Positions 26,544-36,560 of a stretch of DNA of 64,000 bases are shown in pieces (positions within the stretch are counted from its first letter, which is position 1; every line of letters begins with the position of its first letter). Source of the stretch: an uncultured Alphaproteobacteria bacterium (lineage in GTDB: Bacteria; Pseudomonadota; Alphaproteobacteria; UBA9655); contig CAZQWE010000002.1 in assembly GCA_964597045.1 (NCBI GenBank), forward strand, positions 181,175 to 245,174, given 5' to 3'. The notes beneath the pieces are model-generated. The model did not search any database and had not been told where the DNA came from. It saw only the letters and a program-made list of their open reading frames with translations. The translations under genes were made by a program, and so were the position numbers.

Positions 26544-27370
26544 CTCTGCATGAGTGGCGGGACCACATCACCTCTATATTATCACAAGCCTTATTTGAAA
26601 ACGCGAGCCTAGAGGCCAAGTGGTTGCTTGAGGCATTGACACAAAAAAACTGCACCTTAAGCCCCAACTATACCTTATCCTCATCGGAAGAGCTAAAGCT
26701 GAATGAATGGCTTGAGAGACGTCTCAAATCAGAACCACTCTCCCGCATTAAAGGAATCAGAGAGTTTTGGAGCCTTCCCTTTTATATTAATGAACACACA
26801 CTTGATCCGCGTCCTGAGACGGAGCTTATTGTGAAGGCTGTCATTGCGAGGAGTGACGTTCCTACAGAACGTATTCTCGACCTTGGCACTGGATCCGGGT
26901 GCATCCTCATTTCCCTTCTGTACGAGCTTAAAAATGCGACTGGCGTGGGTGTAGATATTAATCAAGGTGCACTTGATATAGCCAAAATAAATGCAAGTCA
27001 GAATGGAGTTAGCGAGCGTATTACATTTGTTCAAAGCAATTGGGGAGACAACCTCAAGGAACAATTCAATATTATTGTCAGTAATCCTCCCTACATCCCA
27101 ACGACCGATATTGAAGAGTTGGAAAAGACTGTGAAGGATTACGATCCCCATCTTGCCTTAGATGGAGGAGCTGACGGTCTTGATTGTTATAGACTTATAG
27201 CTAAAAATATGAAGCATCTCTTGAAGGAAGATGGATTCTTTCTATTTGAGATTGGGCAAGGACAAAGACGCCAAGTTGAAGAGATTTTGAAGCATGAGGG
27301 ATTCGGTAATTTGTTTTCCCTGAAGGATTACAATGGGATAGAGAGAGTCATTGGGGGATTTAGTCAGTGA
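26540..27370 (+). CDS. prmC: release factor glutamine methyltransferase PrmC/HemK
   Basis: SAM motif LDLGTGSGC and catalytic NPPY (SNPPYIP). 4-nt overlap with nth. Confidence 0.9.
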   Translation: MTLHEWRDHITSILSQALFENASLEAKWLLEALTQKNCTLSPNYTLSSSEELKLNEWLERRLKSEPLSRIKGIREFWSLPFYINEHTLDPRPETELIVKAVIARSDVPTERILDLGTGSGCILISLLYELKNATGVGVDINQGALDIAKINASQNGVSERITFVQSNWGDNLKEQFNIIVSNPPYIPTTDIEELEKTVKDYDPHLALDGGADGLDCYRLIAKNMKHLLKEDGFFLFEIGQGQRRQVEEILKHEGFGNLFSLKDYNGIERVIGGFSQ

Positions 27371-27387
27371 GAGTATAATCCAAGGGA

Positions 27388-27413
27388 GTCATCCCCGCTT
27401 TCGCGAGGATGAC
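27388..27413. repeat. GTCATCC...GGATGAC palindromic hairpin (same family as the element at 36561-36658)
   Basis: GTCATCCCCGCTTTCGCGAGGATGAC. A 10 of 11 bp stem with a TTTC loop, 18 nt after the prmC stop. Confidence 0.6.
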
Positions 27414-27526
27414 GCACAGGGGATGGGTTATATATTTTGTCTTATTTACAAACTATATTTATTTTTTTATTGAAATTATATAATTTAATTCTTATATTTT
27501 TTTTATTAATTTAAATTGGTGTAATT

Positions 27527-30500
27527 ATGACATATAAAATCTTTAGAAAATCTGCTCTCCTCTCTGTTGCTGTTATTTCTTTATCCGCACAGTCCCTTCA
27601 GTCAAATGATGATTTTCTCTATGATGCCTTACCAACTGTTCTTAAAGGCAGAATCTCACGATTCCTCTCTCAGGAAGACAATCAGAATTTAACGCTAGTC
27701 TACAAACAAGCAAATAGTATCGTGTCTGTTCAGGAACCTTGGAAACAACTTAAAGCCAACAATATTCAAGCTGATCCCTCGGTTTCAATAACAAACGCTT
27801 GGTTAGGAAAGCTTAGACTACTTGACTATCATATCGCAAAAGAGCTTGCTACAGAAGCTCAAACAAACCTTCAAACAGCTAGCAATGAGTTCGTTACCTT
27901 AAGCGATATGGTGCGGAAGGAACAAAAGGCACAAACTCAAAGAGAAGAAGCCATTTATAAAGAAGATAAGGTTTTTGAGACTAAAGATTTTGAGCGAAGT
28001 CCTGCTTTAGTTCAGTTAGAAACGGATCAGTTTGCATATGAAAGAAAAGTAACTCACCTTCAGTCACAGTTAACTCAACATACCCAAGCTGCAGCACATT
28101 TCTTGGAGCTTGCTTGCGATGTCGGTGATGGTAAAGCAATTGAAATTAAATTCGGATTACTTTTGGCTGAAGATGCACAACGCGCAAGAGATTTTCTAGA
28201 TTCTATGGTCGCTCGTGACTACATGGGAGCATTGAGACTCAAACGAAATGCCCTCCGTTCTGGGACTCAAGGATATGCTCTGAATGTTGAAGAAGCAGCC
28301 AGAATTAATCGCCTACTCATTGACAAAAAATCGCTCGAAGCCCTCTGGCTCAGCCGTGAATATCATCTTCAAGGAAGTGAAGAATGGCGTGCAATTGTTG
28401 ATGAGTCTGCCAAGCGAGGGAATAAAGAAGCGCGATTTGAAAAACTCTCCTGTCAACTTCAAGGACTCAATGGTTACGAGAGAAATCTTGAGGAAGCTGA
28501 AAAAACTTTAGCATCCTTACCTAGTGAGGCTTCAGCTAATCTTATTACCCTAAAATCTTATACCTTAATGAACAATCCTAAATCTGAGGAAAATGACCAG
28601 GCTGTTTGTTTGATCAATGAGTGGTTGGTTGATAAAGGATCTGTTGATGCAAAATACTTACGAATAAAGGGACTTCTTGCAGGGGTATGGGGATATAAGA
28701 AGGATCTTGATAAAGCCAAAGAAGAAATAGATAAGTTTCTACCCCCTAATAATGACGGTTATACACTCGTTTATTCACTCAGAAATATGGAACAAAACCC
28801 TGTTCATGGTAATAACCTCCCGGCAGAATCCCTTCGCTTTTGTATTGACTACCTAATTGAAAAGGGAAGACAGGAGGGAACTTACTTCAAAATCAAGGGA
28901 CTGATTGAAGGAATTGAATCAGGTCTTGGCTTTGAAAAAAACTTAAATCTAGCTCGAGAAATGCTTAGTGAACTTAGACCCGGAACAGAATGGATCCCTT
29001 CGACTATCTTACAAGAATGGCGTATGAATCAACATCTTGTCAACCTACAAGAAGGCATTGAATTTCTTGAAGAGTGTCTCAATCAAGACCAATTTAAGCA
29101 CCTTCAGCGGTGGAATAATAAATTTCAAAGGCACCTCTTAGGCGAGGAAGGACAAGAAATTAATTATGATAACGCTCGAGAAATACTAGCTAAATATCCA
29201 CGGGAAAGTGAAGGTGAGGTTTATGCCTTGCGTCGCCAGTGGTTATCAGATGAGCAAACACCTGAAAAAACTAAGGCTGTTGAGTTCCTGGGCGAGTGGC
29301 TCCTTGAGAGAAACCACTCTGGAATGATTTATGATCTATTGTCTGATAACCTTAAGGGATCAAACGGTTACGAGATCAATCATGCAAAAGCCAAAACCAT
29401 ACTCAAGAGCGTTGGCGGCAAAATTCATTGGCTCCTAGCTGATTTAAAATCAAGTTTGGAATCAATGGAACAAACACCTGATATTATTACATCTAAAGAA
29501 GTACTAGAGGAATGGTTAGAAGAATATGGTGAAGATGGGATTGCCGCATTCAAAAAAGCAAAAAAATTAGCAAAACAAGATCCTAAAGCAGGCCGCAAGT
29601 TTATCAACAAGCTGTATAAGAGAAAGTTTATTGAAGGCTCTGTCTTAAAGATGAAAGGCCTTTCAAAAGGAAAATTTGGCTTCAAAAAAGACGTGCGTGC
29701 TGCACGCAATATCCTTAACGAACTTATGAACGAAAATGAAGCCATTGGCTTGCGTTATAAAGTAAAAGCCCTCGATAAAGGAAAAGTTGGCTATAAAACG
29801 AATCCAAAGAAAGCCCGTAAACTCATTGAAAAAGAAATTGAAAAGAACAAACCACAGACTTGTTTCTATAATGAAAATGTGGCACATCTAAAGCTGACTG
29901 GGGTTGAAAAAGGTATATACGGGTTTAAGAAAAACCCCAAAAAGGCTCGCAAGCTCTTTGAACAATTCCTCCAGGAGGGAAGGCTAATTCCTAATATTGA
30001 TGAAGCATATGCTTTAGCTAAAGGAAAATGGGGATTTAAACGTGACCGTGAGCAAGCACTACAGATCATTGATAAAGCAATTGAGGTAGGCAACCCTCTT
30101 GCCTATTTAGCTAAAATTGAGGTTCTACAAAAAGGAAAGTATGGGTTTAAAAAAAATCCAAAAGCAGCATCAAAACTTGAGCAAGAATTTAAAAAACGTT
30201 TTCAACAAACTTCAGCTTCGACACCAGTAGATATGCAAGTTGATATGCTCCCCCAAGATGATCAAAGTGTGAGATTTCTTGCTTCAATAAGAACTGGTGA
30301 GATGACTCAAGCCATTGAGATTTTGTCCGAAGGGAATAATAAAGTTGGCAGTGTTCCTCACCTCATAGAAGGTTTTAATGAACTAGGGAATGAACTACAT
30401 GCAGACAAGCTAAGAAGCCTTATCGCAAATCGAATTTTAACACTAAAGCCCAATCCTGAGGTCATTGAACGGAACTTTAATCACTTATCTTCGGGACAAG

Positions 30501-30580
30501 CTAAAACGCCAATAAGTTCTTTAGCTTCAGCTTATCGTTTTGCAAGACTGCTAAACTATATACCAGTCGATATGAGATAA
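27527..30580 (+). CDS. secreted Sel1-like repeat protein, 1017 aa
   Basis: Signal peptide (LLSVAVISLSAQSLQS). Many ~36-40 aa units of the type KG.(F/W/Y)G(F/Y)KK(D/N)..KA...L. Five nearly regular units fall in nt 29620-30190. Confidence 0.7.
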   Translation: MTYKIFRKSALLSVAVISLSAQSLQSNDDFLYDALPTVLKGRISRFLSQEDNQNLTLVYKQANSIVSVQEPWKQLKANNIQADPSVSITNAWLGKLRLLDYHIAKELATEAQTNLQTASNEFVTLSDMVRKEQKAQTQREEAIYKEDKVFETKDFERSPALVQLETDQFAYERKVTHLQSQLTQHTQAAAHFLELACDVGDGKAIEIKFGLLLAEDAQRARDFLDSMVARDYMGALRLKRNALRSGTQGYALNVEEAARINRLLIDKKSLEALWLSREYHLQGSEEWRAIVDESAKRGNKEARFEKLSCQLQGLNGYERNLEEAEKTLASLPSEASANLITLKSYTLMNNPKSEENDQAVCLINEWLVDKGSVDAKYLRIKGLLAGVWGYKKDLDKAKEEIDKFLPPNNDGYTLVYSLRNMEQNPVHGNNLPAESLRFCIDYLIEKGRQEGTYFKIKGLIEGIESGLGFEKNLNLAREMLSELRPGTEWIPSTILQEWRMNQHLVNLQEGIEFLEECLNQDQFKHLQRWNNKFQRHLLGEEGQEINYDNAREILAKYPRESEGEVYALRRQWLSDEQTPEKTKAVEFLGEWLLERNHSGMIYDLLSDNLKGSNGYEINHAKAKTILKSVGGKIHWLLADLKSSLESMEQTPDIITSKEVLEEWLEEYGEDGIAAFKKAKKLAKQDPKAGRKFINKLYKRKFIEGSVLKMKGLSKGKFGFKKDVRAARNILNELMNENEAIGLRYKVKALDKGKVGYKTNPKKARKLIEKEIEKNKPQTCFYNENVAHLKLTGVEKGIYGFKKNPKKARKLFEQFLQEGRLIPNIDEAYALAKGKWGFKRDREQALQIIDKAIEVGNPLAYLAKIEVLQKGKYGFKKNPKAASKLEQEFKKRFQQTSASTPVDMQVDMLPQDDQSVRFLASIRTGEMTQAIEILSEGNNKVGSVPHLIEGFNELGNELHADKLRSLIANRILTLKPNPEVIERNFNHLSSGQAKTPISSLASAYRFARLLNYIPVDMR

Positions 30581-30597
30581 ATGGGTGTTAAGGGTAT

Positions 30598-30627
30598 AGA
30601 AAAAAGCGACGTCTTGCGACGCCGCTT
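30598..30627. terminator. bidirectional rho-independent terminator between convergent genes
   Basis: Hairpin AAAGCG-A-CGTC-TTGC-GACG-C-CGCTTT, flanked by an A-run (a T-run for ihfA on the minus strand) and TTT. Confidence 0.6.
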
Positions 30628-30654
30628 TGCCCTCCCAAACTCAATTCCTATAGC

Positions 30655-30957
30655 CTATCTCGCAGATTTCGCTTTTTGAACCTTCTCTCTTAAATACTGA
30701 GAAGGTTTAAAAGCAATCACTCTACGCGCGGTAATCGTTGCTTCCTTGCCGGTTTTGGGGTTACGACCCACACGGCTAGATTTCTTACGAATATTAAATG
30801 ATCCGAAGGAAGAGATTTTAACGAGGCCCTTATCTGATAAGGAAGAAAGCATTGTCTCAAGAGTTGCCTCTAAGAAATCATTGGCTTGATGACGAGGGCA
30901 ATCAACTTCCTTCACAAGGCTGTCAACGATATCTGCTCGCGTTACAGTTCTACTCAT
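30655..30957 (-). CDS. ihfA: integration host factor subunit alpha
   Basis: TVTRADIVDSL..., FGSF...R.GRNPKTGKEATITARRVIAFKPS. 100 aa, HU/IHF family. Confidence 0.85.
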   Translation of the reverse strand: MSRTVTRADIVDSLVKEVDCPRHQANDFLEATLETMLSSLSDKGLVKISSFGSFNIRKKSSRVGRNPKTGKEATITARRVIAFKPSQYLREKVQKAKSAR

Positions 30958-31057
30958 CTCCCGTTTCCCTTATTAATATAATTAACTTCGGTGGTAGTAT
31001 ATCAAAAAATTGGGCAACGTCATAGAGGTAAATTCATTAGGACGCTGCAAATAGAAC

Positions 31058-32329
31058 TCATTGCGAACCTCCCACCACCTCAGCTGCTATTTCTCCATCA
31101 TGGAAATGGATCTTTACTTTTTGCCCTGGAGATGTCTGGGTTTTGGATTGAATGACCGTTCGGTCAAATGTTGTAACGTAGGCAAATCCTCGCTCGAGCG
31201 TACGTGTATAGGAATAGCTTTCAATCAACTGGGAAAGGGCTCCAAACCTTTGCTCAGTCATCTTAAGCCCGTTATCCAAAGCGGGAGTCAGGCGACGAGC
31301 CATATGATCCAGAGTTATCTGAAACTGCCCAATAAGCCTTTTTTCAGAATTAACCGAACGTTCAATTAATTCATCAAGTCTTTGAATTGATTCATCAATC
31401 CAGCTTCCGAGAGGGGGTAAACCCCGCCTCAGTGCATCGAGTCTGCTATCAAGCAAAGAGAACTGATTTTGAATACGACCCGTGAGTTGAGCCCCAAACT
31501 GCATGAGGATTTGAGCCAGCTGCCCACGGACTGGCACAGCAAACTCAGCCGCAGCGGTTGGTGTGGGCGCCCGTTTGTCGGACGCAAAATCAATCAACGT
31601 CACATCCGTCTCGTGCCCCACGGCAGAGATCACAGGTATTTCACTGGCGGCAACTGCCCGCACCACCACTTCTTCATTAAAGGCCCACAGGTCCTCAAGG
31701 CTTCCTCCACCCCTTGCTACGATAAGCAATTCAGGTTTGTCGTCCATTCTGTTAAACCCGCGAACGGCTTCTGCAACCTGAGCTGCTGCCCCTTCGCCTT
31801 GCACCGCGACAGGCCAAAGAATGATGTGGGTTGGGAATCTATCCTCAATCCGGTGGAGCATATCTCGAATGACTGCACCGGTTGGAGACGTCACAATTCC
31901 AATTGTTCTAGGGAGATAAGGAAGGGGTTTCTTTCGAGATTCATCAAATAGCCCTTCCGCCGCCAGCTTTCGCTTGAGCTCTTCCAGAAGCTTCAGAAGT
32001 GCCCCTTCCCCAGCGAGCTCCATAGCATCTACAATGATCTGGTATTTAGAACGCCCAGGATAAGTCGTAAGACGCCCCGTCGCAATCACCTCCATCCCTT
32101 CTTGAGGATTAATGGAAAGGGCGCCGTAACTCCCCCGCCAGCAAACAGCGTCGAGTACAGCATCTTGATCCTTGAGGGCAAAGTATACATGGCCTGAGGT
32201 GTGCTTCTTAAGCCCCGAGATCTCGCCTTTCACACGAACCCGTGAATAGGTGGTCTCCACCATCTTTTTTAAAGCAAGCGAAACTTCAGTTACGGTATAT
32301 TCTGGCAGAGTTGATAGTAATGGTTGCAT
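31058..32329 (-). CDS. xseA: exodeoxyribonuclease VII large subunit
   Basis: N-terminal OB fold (VRVKGEISGLKKHTSGHVYFALKD). Also RIGIVTSPTGAVIRD and ARGGGSLEDLWAFNEE. Confidence 0.9.
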   Translation of the reverse strand: MQPLLSTLPEYTVTEVSLALKKMVETTYSRVRVKGEISGLKKHTSGHVYFALKDQDAVLDAVCWRGSYGALSINPQEGMEVIATGRLTTYPGRSKYQIIVDAMELAGEGALLKLLEELKRKLAAEGLFDESRKKPLPYLPRTIGIVTSPTGAVIRDMLHRIEDRFPTHIILWPVAVQGEGAAAQVAEAVRGFNRMDDKPELLIVARGGGSLEDLWAFNEEVVVRAVAASEIPVISAVGHETDVTLIDFASDKRAPTPTAAAEFAVPVRGQLAQILMQFGAQLTGRIQNQFSLLDSRLDALRRGLPPLGSWIDESIQRLDELIERSVNSEKRLIGQFQITLDHMARRLTPALDNGLKMTEQRFGALSQLIESYSYTRTLERGFAYVTTFDRTVIQSKTQTSPGQKVKIHFHDGEIAAEVVGGSQ

Positions 32330-32448
32330 TCAATGTTCAGTATTTAGTTTCCAGTGTTCAGAAAAGATCGCACAGGAGGTAGCAAAAGTACATGCCTTTC
32401 TTAAAACCACTTAGAGATTATCAAGTTGCTCTCTTAATATTTTTGAAA

Positions 32449-32475
32449 TCTGATCACTTATGACTGATTACTGGC
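32449..32475 (+). repeat. dispersed short repeat, copy B (TCTGATCACTTATGACTGATTACTGGC)
   Basis: Related to 19621-19647 and 53498-53520. It lies 63 nt upstream of the hemA start. Confidence 0.6.
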
Positions 32476-32537
32476 TTGCATCCTGTTCTCATCCCCAGTA
32501 GGTTACATAAAACTTCAAAAAGTGGTTGTGACACTTC

Positions 32538-33749
32538 ATGGATTATGAGGCCTTTTTTAAACAGAAACTCCAAGCCATCAAGGATGAAGGCCGTTATCGT
32601 ATTTTCGCTGATCTTGAGCGTTGTGCAAAAGACTTCCCTTATGCGAATTATTATAATGAAGGAACGCCAAGACGTGTTGTTGTGTGGTGTGCCAATGACT
32701 ACCTTGCTATGGGACAGCATGATAAAGTCTTGGACGCTATGGCAAATGCGATTGGTCGCGTGGGAGCTGGCGCAGGGGGCACACGGAATATCTCAGGAAC
32801 GAACCATTATCATGTTTTGCTCGAGCGAGAAATCGCTGATTTGCATGACAAGGAAGCTGCGCTCATCTTTTCTTCTGGCTATGTCTCGAATGAGGCATCC
32901 ATAAGTTCTCTCGCGACCCATCTCCCCGATTGCATCGTTTTCTCTGATTCCCATAACCATGCCTCTATTATTCAAGGAATTCGGAATAGTAGGGCTCATA
33001 AAGAAATCTTTCATCATAATGATCATAAGCATTTACGGGAGCTTCTTTCCCAGTACCCAAAGGAGCAAGCCAAGCTTATCATTTTTGAGTCCGTCTATTC
33101 CATGGACGGCGACATTGCCCCGATAGAGGCTTTCTGCGACCTTGCTGAAGAATATAATGCACTCACCTTTATAGATGAAGTTCATGCAGTTGGCATGTAC
33201 GGTCATAAGGGTGGAGGAATTGCACAACGGGATAACCAAAGCCATCGCTTGAGCATTATTGAAGGCACGCTTGGAAAAGCTTTTGGTGTCGTGGGTGGTT
33301 ATATTGCTTCATCTGCTGACCTTGTTGACTTTGTCAGAAGCTTTGCTTCCGGTTTTATCTTCACAACATCTATGCCTCCTGCTGTGGCTGCAGCAGCTCT
33401 GGCAAGCATTCAACATTTAAAGATCAGCCAAATTGAGCGGGCACGTCATCAGGAAAGAGTAGATAAAGTTAAGAACCGTTTGAGACAAGCTGGTATCCCC
33501 TTTATGCCCAGCCCTTCCCACATTATCCCTATTTTAGTGCGTGATGCTCATCAATGTAAACTTGCATCTGACAGACTTCTCAAAGAGCACAACATTTATG
33601 TGCAACCTATTAATTATCCCACAGTCCCAAGGGGAACGGAACGCCTTCGGATTACCCCCTCTCCTGTTCATACGGATCAAATGATTGATGATTTGATAGA
33701 CGCTCTCAAAAGTGTGTGGGACCATCATTCCATTGAGTACGCAGCCTAA
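32538..33749 (+). CDS. hemA: 5-aminolevulinate synthase (ALAS)
   Basis: N-terminus [38 protein letters not shown]-lysine region GTLGKAFG. 403 aa alpha-oxoamine synthase, typical of alphaproteobacteria. Confidence 0.9.
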   Translation: MDYEAFFKQKLQAIKDEGRYRIFADLERCAKDFPYANYYNEGTPRRVVVWCANDYLAMGQHDKVLDAMANAIGRVGAGAGGTRNISGTNHYHVLLEREIADLHDKEAALIFSSGYVSNEASISSLATHLPDCIVFSDSHNHASIIQGIRNSRAHKEIFHHNDHKHLRELLSQYPKEQAKLIIFESVYSMDGDIAPIEAFCDLAEEYNALTFIDEVHAVGMYGHKGGGIAQRDNQSHRLSIIEGTLGKAFGVVGGYIASSADLVDFVRSFASGFIFTTSMPPAVAAAALASIQHLKISQIERARHQERVDKVKNRLRQAGIPFMPSPSHIIPILVRDAHQCKLASDRLLKEHNIYVQPINYPTVPRGTERLRITPSPVHTDQMIDDLIDALKSVWDHHSIEYAA

Positions 33750-34693
33750 TGAAAACCTGCTGGACGATAACCGACGATCTTCCTGGAACAAAAAGCCAAG
33801 TTATTGGACTAGCTGAAGCTATCGGCCTCCCCACGATTCATAAAACATGTAAAAGAAAGTGGCCCTGGGGATGGCTGAGTTTGGACTGGGGTAATCCTCT
33901 CAATCAACTCACAGCTAAAAGCGATCCCTTGAACCCGCCCTGGCCTGATCTTGTCATCAGCTGTGGACGCAGATCAGCCCCTCTCGCCCTTTCAATAAAA
34001 AAACAAAATGGGGGGAAAACTTTTTGTGTTCACATTCAAGATCCGATCATTAATAGGCCTAAGTTTGATTTGATTGTCGCTCCAGAACATGACAATCTGA
34101 CGGGACCTAATGTTATGAGCTCAAAAGGTGCCATTCACAAAATAACCAAAGCAAAGCTTGAAGAAGGCATTCAAGAGTATGGCCATCTGTTTAATGACCT
34201 TCCCCGACCCTATAACACCGTTCTCTTAGGTGGTAACACCAACCGCTATAAGATGACACTAGAGGCCATGAACGAGCTCATAGACGCAATTGTGTTGATC
34301 CAGGAGAAAACAAAAGGAAGTGTTCTTGTCACACCTTCTTTTCGAACACCCTTCAGGGATGTGCTTCGAGATAAGCTTTCCTCTAAACCTAATATTTTCC
34401 TCGCAGATATCGAAAGGCTCAATCCTTATCTAGCGATGCTGGCTTTGGCTGATACCCTTTTTGCAACGGATGATTCCGTCAATATGGTATGTGAAGCTTG
34501 CTATACGGGAAAACCTGTGTACTTGTTATCCCTTAAAGGGCATGGAGACACAAAACCAAAAAAGTTTTTCGCAGGCCTTGTTCACGAAGGAATTCTCCGT
34601 GTTTTTGAAGGAGAGATTGAAAGCTGGACTTATACACCTTTTAATGATACGGAAAGAATTGCTAAGGTTGTACGGGCAAGAATGGAGTTATAA
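33749..34693 (+). CDS. ELM1/DUF1022-family protein (mitochondrial fission ELM1-like, putative glycosyltransferase fold)
   Basis: WTITDDLPGTKSQVIGLAEAIG start and V.IQDP....FDL.V.PEHD motif typical of this family. One-nt overlap with the hemA stop. Confidence 0.7.
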   Translation: MKTCWTITDDLPGTKSQVIGLAEAIGLPTIHKTCKRKWPWGWLSLDWGNPLNQLTAKSDPLNPPWPDLVISCGRRSAPLALSIKKQNGGKTFCVHIQDPIINRPKFDLIVAPEHDNLTGPNVMSSKGAIHKITKAKLEEGIQEYGHLFNDLPRPYNTVLLGGNTNRYKMTLEAMNELIDAIVLIQEKTKGSVLVTPSFRTPFRDVLRDKLSSKPNIFLADIERLNPYLAMLALADTLFATDDSVNMVCEACYTGKPVYLLSLKGHGDTKPKKFFAGLVHEGILRVFEGEIESWTYTPFNDTERIAKVVRARMEL

Positions 34694-34696
34694 CTC

Positions 34697-36550
34697 ATGG
34701 TCTTAAAAATCAAAACATTTGCGAATCAAAAACCTTGTTCTTTCTTTAAGGCACTGGGGCACCCGTTTGTTGCAGATAAATTAGTAGCTCTCAAAAAGAC
34801 AACCATTCAAAATCTGTATGACCCGGAAGGACATCTTGAAGATTTCCTTGCCCTGACAGGACTTCCCGCACCTTCACAAATTTATGTTCAAGCGATTGAA
34901 GCGATAAACCCTCGGACACAGCTGATACCTACGATAAAAGACCATAAGCCTCAAAGCTTATTCATACTGTCCTTTGAGCCGGAAAAACACCTCACCCAGA
35001 TGGGGCATTTGCTCCCTAAGGAGTGCAAAGTTGATAGCTTGAGAAATCTTAAACTCCCAGAGGAAATGCTGACGGATAAAAATAACTATTTATCAGACCT
35101 TAATTTTTCAACAAACTTTGCTTTTTTTAGAGAACAAGACGGCTGGCACACACGGCTCAAAAGTGCAAATTGCTGGGCTAAGTATGGCTCCCAAAATCAA
35201 AAACTTTTCGCTCTCCTTTATGATGAAACAGGTAAGAAATTAGCTGAATGGAATGAGCCTCTACCAACGACTGTGAATAGTATCCTTATTGACAGTCAAG
35301 ATGTGAAGAAACGTTTTAATCTTCCTGAATTTACAGGACAACTCTTTATTCACATTACAGGAACAAAAGGGCACAGTATCGTGAAATATGCTCTAGATAC
35401 TTACAGTGATAGTGGCATGATTTCAGCGACCCATGATGCTAACGCTTGGCCCCCTGAGTATTTCTCAGGCCTTCCCGCTCCACGTGAGGGTGAGACGACC
35501 GTCCTTTGGCTTCAAAACAGTCATCCCGTTCCTGTACCAGCAACAGGGGTTAGCCTCAACCTGATGGGTGAAAGCAAATCTGTCCATTTGAAGCAGGATA
35601 TACCTCCCTTTGGAACACTTGCAATTGATACAAAAGACTATTTTCCTGAGGCGAAGTGGCCTCAACAAATTGAAATCCATGCTGGTCATTACTTTGTCCG
35701 TCCCCGTTATGAAGTCATTAATTCCAAAGGTTACCGCTGTATTGCACACGTCAATGTGCAACGAAGTGACATCAAACCAGACCTGAAGTTTAAGGAAATT
35801 AAGGATAATTTTGGCAAAGGCTATATTCTCCCAGCCCCTATTTTCCCAACAGATGAATTTGACACATGGGTTCTCCCAACACCTATGAACCGGAATTCCA
35901 CATCCTTTCCGCTTAAGGCCATTGTGTATGATAGGGACGGGAATGAGAAGGCAAGCTATTCCTTTGGGAATCTTCCGAGAAACCATTCTACTTCATTGAA
36001 ATTAAACGATATTATTCAACTTGGGTCAGATTATGGTCATGTTGAACTTGTGTACGATTTTGAAGCAGGCCATGATGTAGATGGATGGCTTCATGCCCTT
36101 TTCCGTTATGACCACAAGACTTTACCAGCTCAAGCCGAAACAAGCTTTGGAAGCCATATCTTTAATACTGTGGCAACTTATAAGGGTGAACCTCAATCTT
36201 ATAAAGGACCACCACCGGGCCTCACAACCGGTCTTTTCCTTAGAGTTGATGATGATATTGAGACGTTCTGTCATTTGATTTATCCAACCTCAACACCGTG
36301 GCATAAAACCTCGGATACAACGTTTGTCTTGTATACAAAGGAAGGCAACCCTGTAGCTGAAACCTCCCTCAAGATCCCTGAAAGTGGTTCTCGCAGATGG
36401 GTCTATCAAGAAAGCTTTTCCCCCGGTGACCGTGAGAAAGCAAAAGGAGGATATGTGATCATTCAAGATAAGACCTGCCGTCTCTTTGGCTACCACGGTA
36501 TGCGAACTAAATCCGGCAGTTTAAGTCTCGATCATATGTTTGGGTTTTAA
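34697..36550 (+). CDS. hypothetical protein, 617 aa, unrecognised family, apparently beta-rich with internal module repeats
   Basis: Long ORF starting 3 nt after the ELM1-like stop. Coding-like composition. No family motif recognised. Confidence 0.6.
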   Translation: MVLKIKTFANQKPCSFFKALGHPFVADKLVALKKTTIQNLYDPEGHLEDFLALTGLPAPSQIYVQAIEAINPRTQLIPTIKDHKPQSLFILSFEPEKHLTQMGHLLPKECKVDSLRNLKLPEEMLTDKNNYLSDLNFSTNFAFFREQDGWHTRLKSANCWAKYGSQNQKLFALLYDETGKKLAEWNEPLPTTVNSILIDSQDVKKRFNLPEFTGQLFIHITGTKGHSIVKYALDTYSDSGMISATHDANAWPPEYFSGLPAPREGETTVLWLQNSHPVPVPATGVSLNLMGESKSVHLKQDIPPFGTLAIDTKDYFPEAKWPQQIEIHAGHYFVRPRYEVINSKGYRCIAHVNVQRSDIKPDLKFKEIKDNFGKGYILPAPIFPTDEFDTWVLPTPMNRNSTSFPLKAIVYDRDGNEKASYSFGNLPRNHSTSLKLNDIIQLGSDYGHVELVYDFEAGHDVDGWLHALFRYDHKTLPAQAETSFGSHIFNTVATYKGEPQSYKGPPPGLTTGLFLRVDDDIETFCHLIYPTSTPWHKTSDTTFVLYTKEGNPVAETSLKIPESGSRRWVYQESFSPGDREKAKGGYVIIQDKTCRLFGYHGMRTKSGSLSLDHMFGF

Positions 36551-36560
36551 CCGAGAAGTC

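Noticed and set aside
26836-26860. GTCATTGCGAGGAGTGACG inside prmC, considered as an in-frame palindromic-element insertion (Rickettsia RPE-style)
   Set aside because: Only ~19 nt are involved. There is no matching inverted arm, and the encoded VIARSDV fits the surrounding protein. The evidence is too weak.
35465-35986. 173-aa ORF on the minus strand inside the 617-aa gene. Similar antisense or alternative-frame ORFs are 43162-43683 in nusA, 26729-27151 in prmC, 31469-31951 in xseA, 32476-32904 in hemA and 39735-40169 over the cupin gene
   Set aside because: All lie within longer ORFs that have clear family motifs or better coding character. None has a recognisable motif, so I treat them as shadow ORFs.
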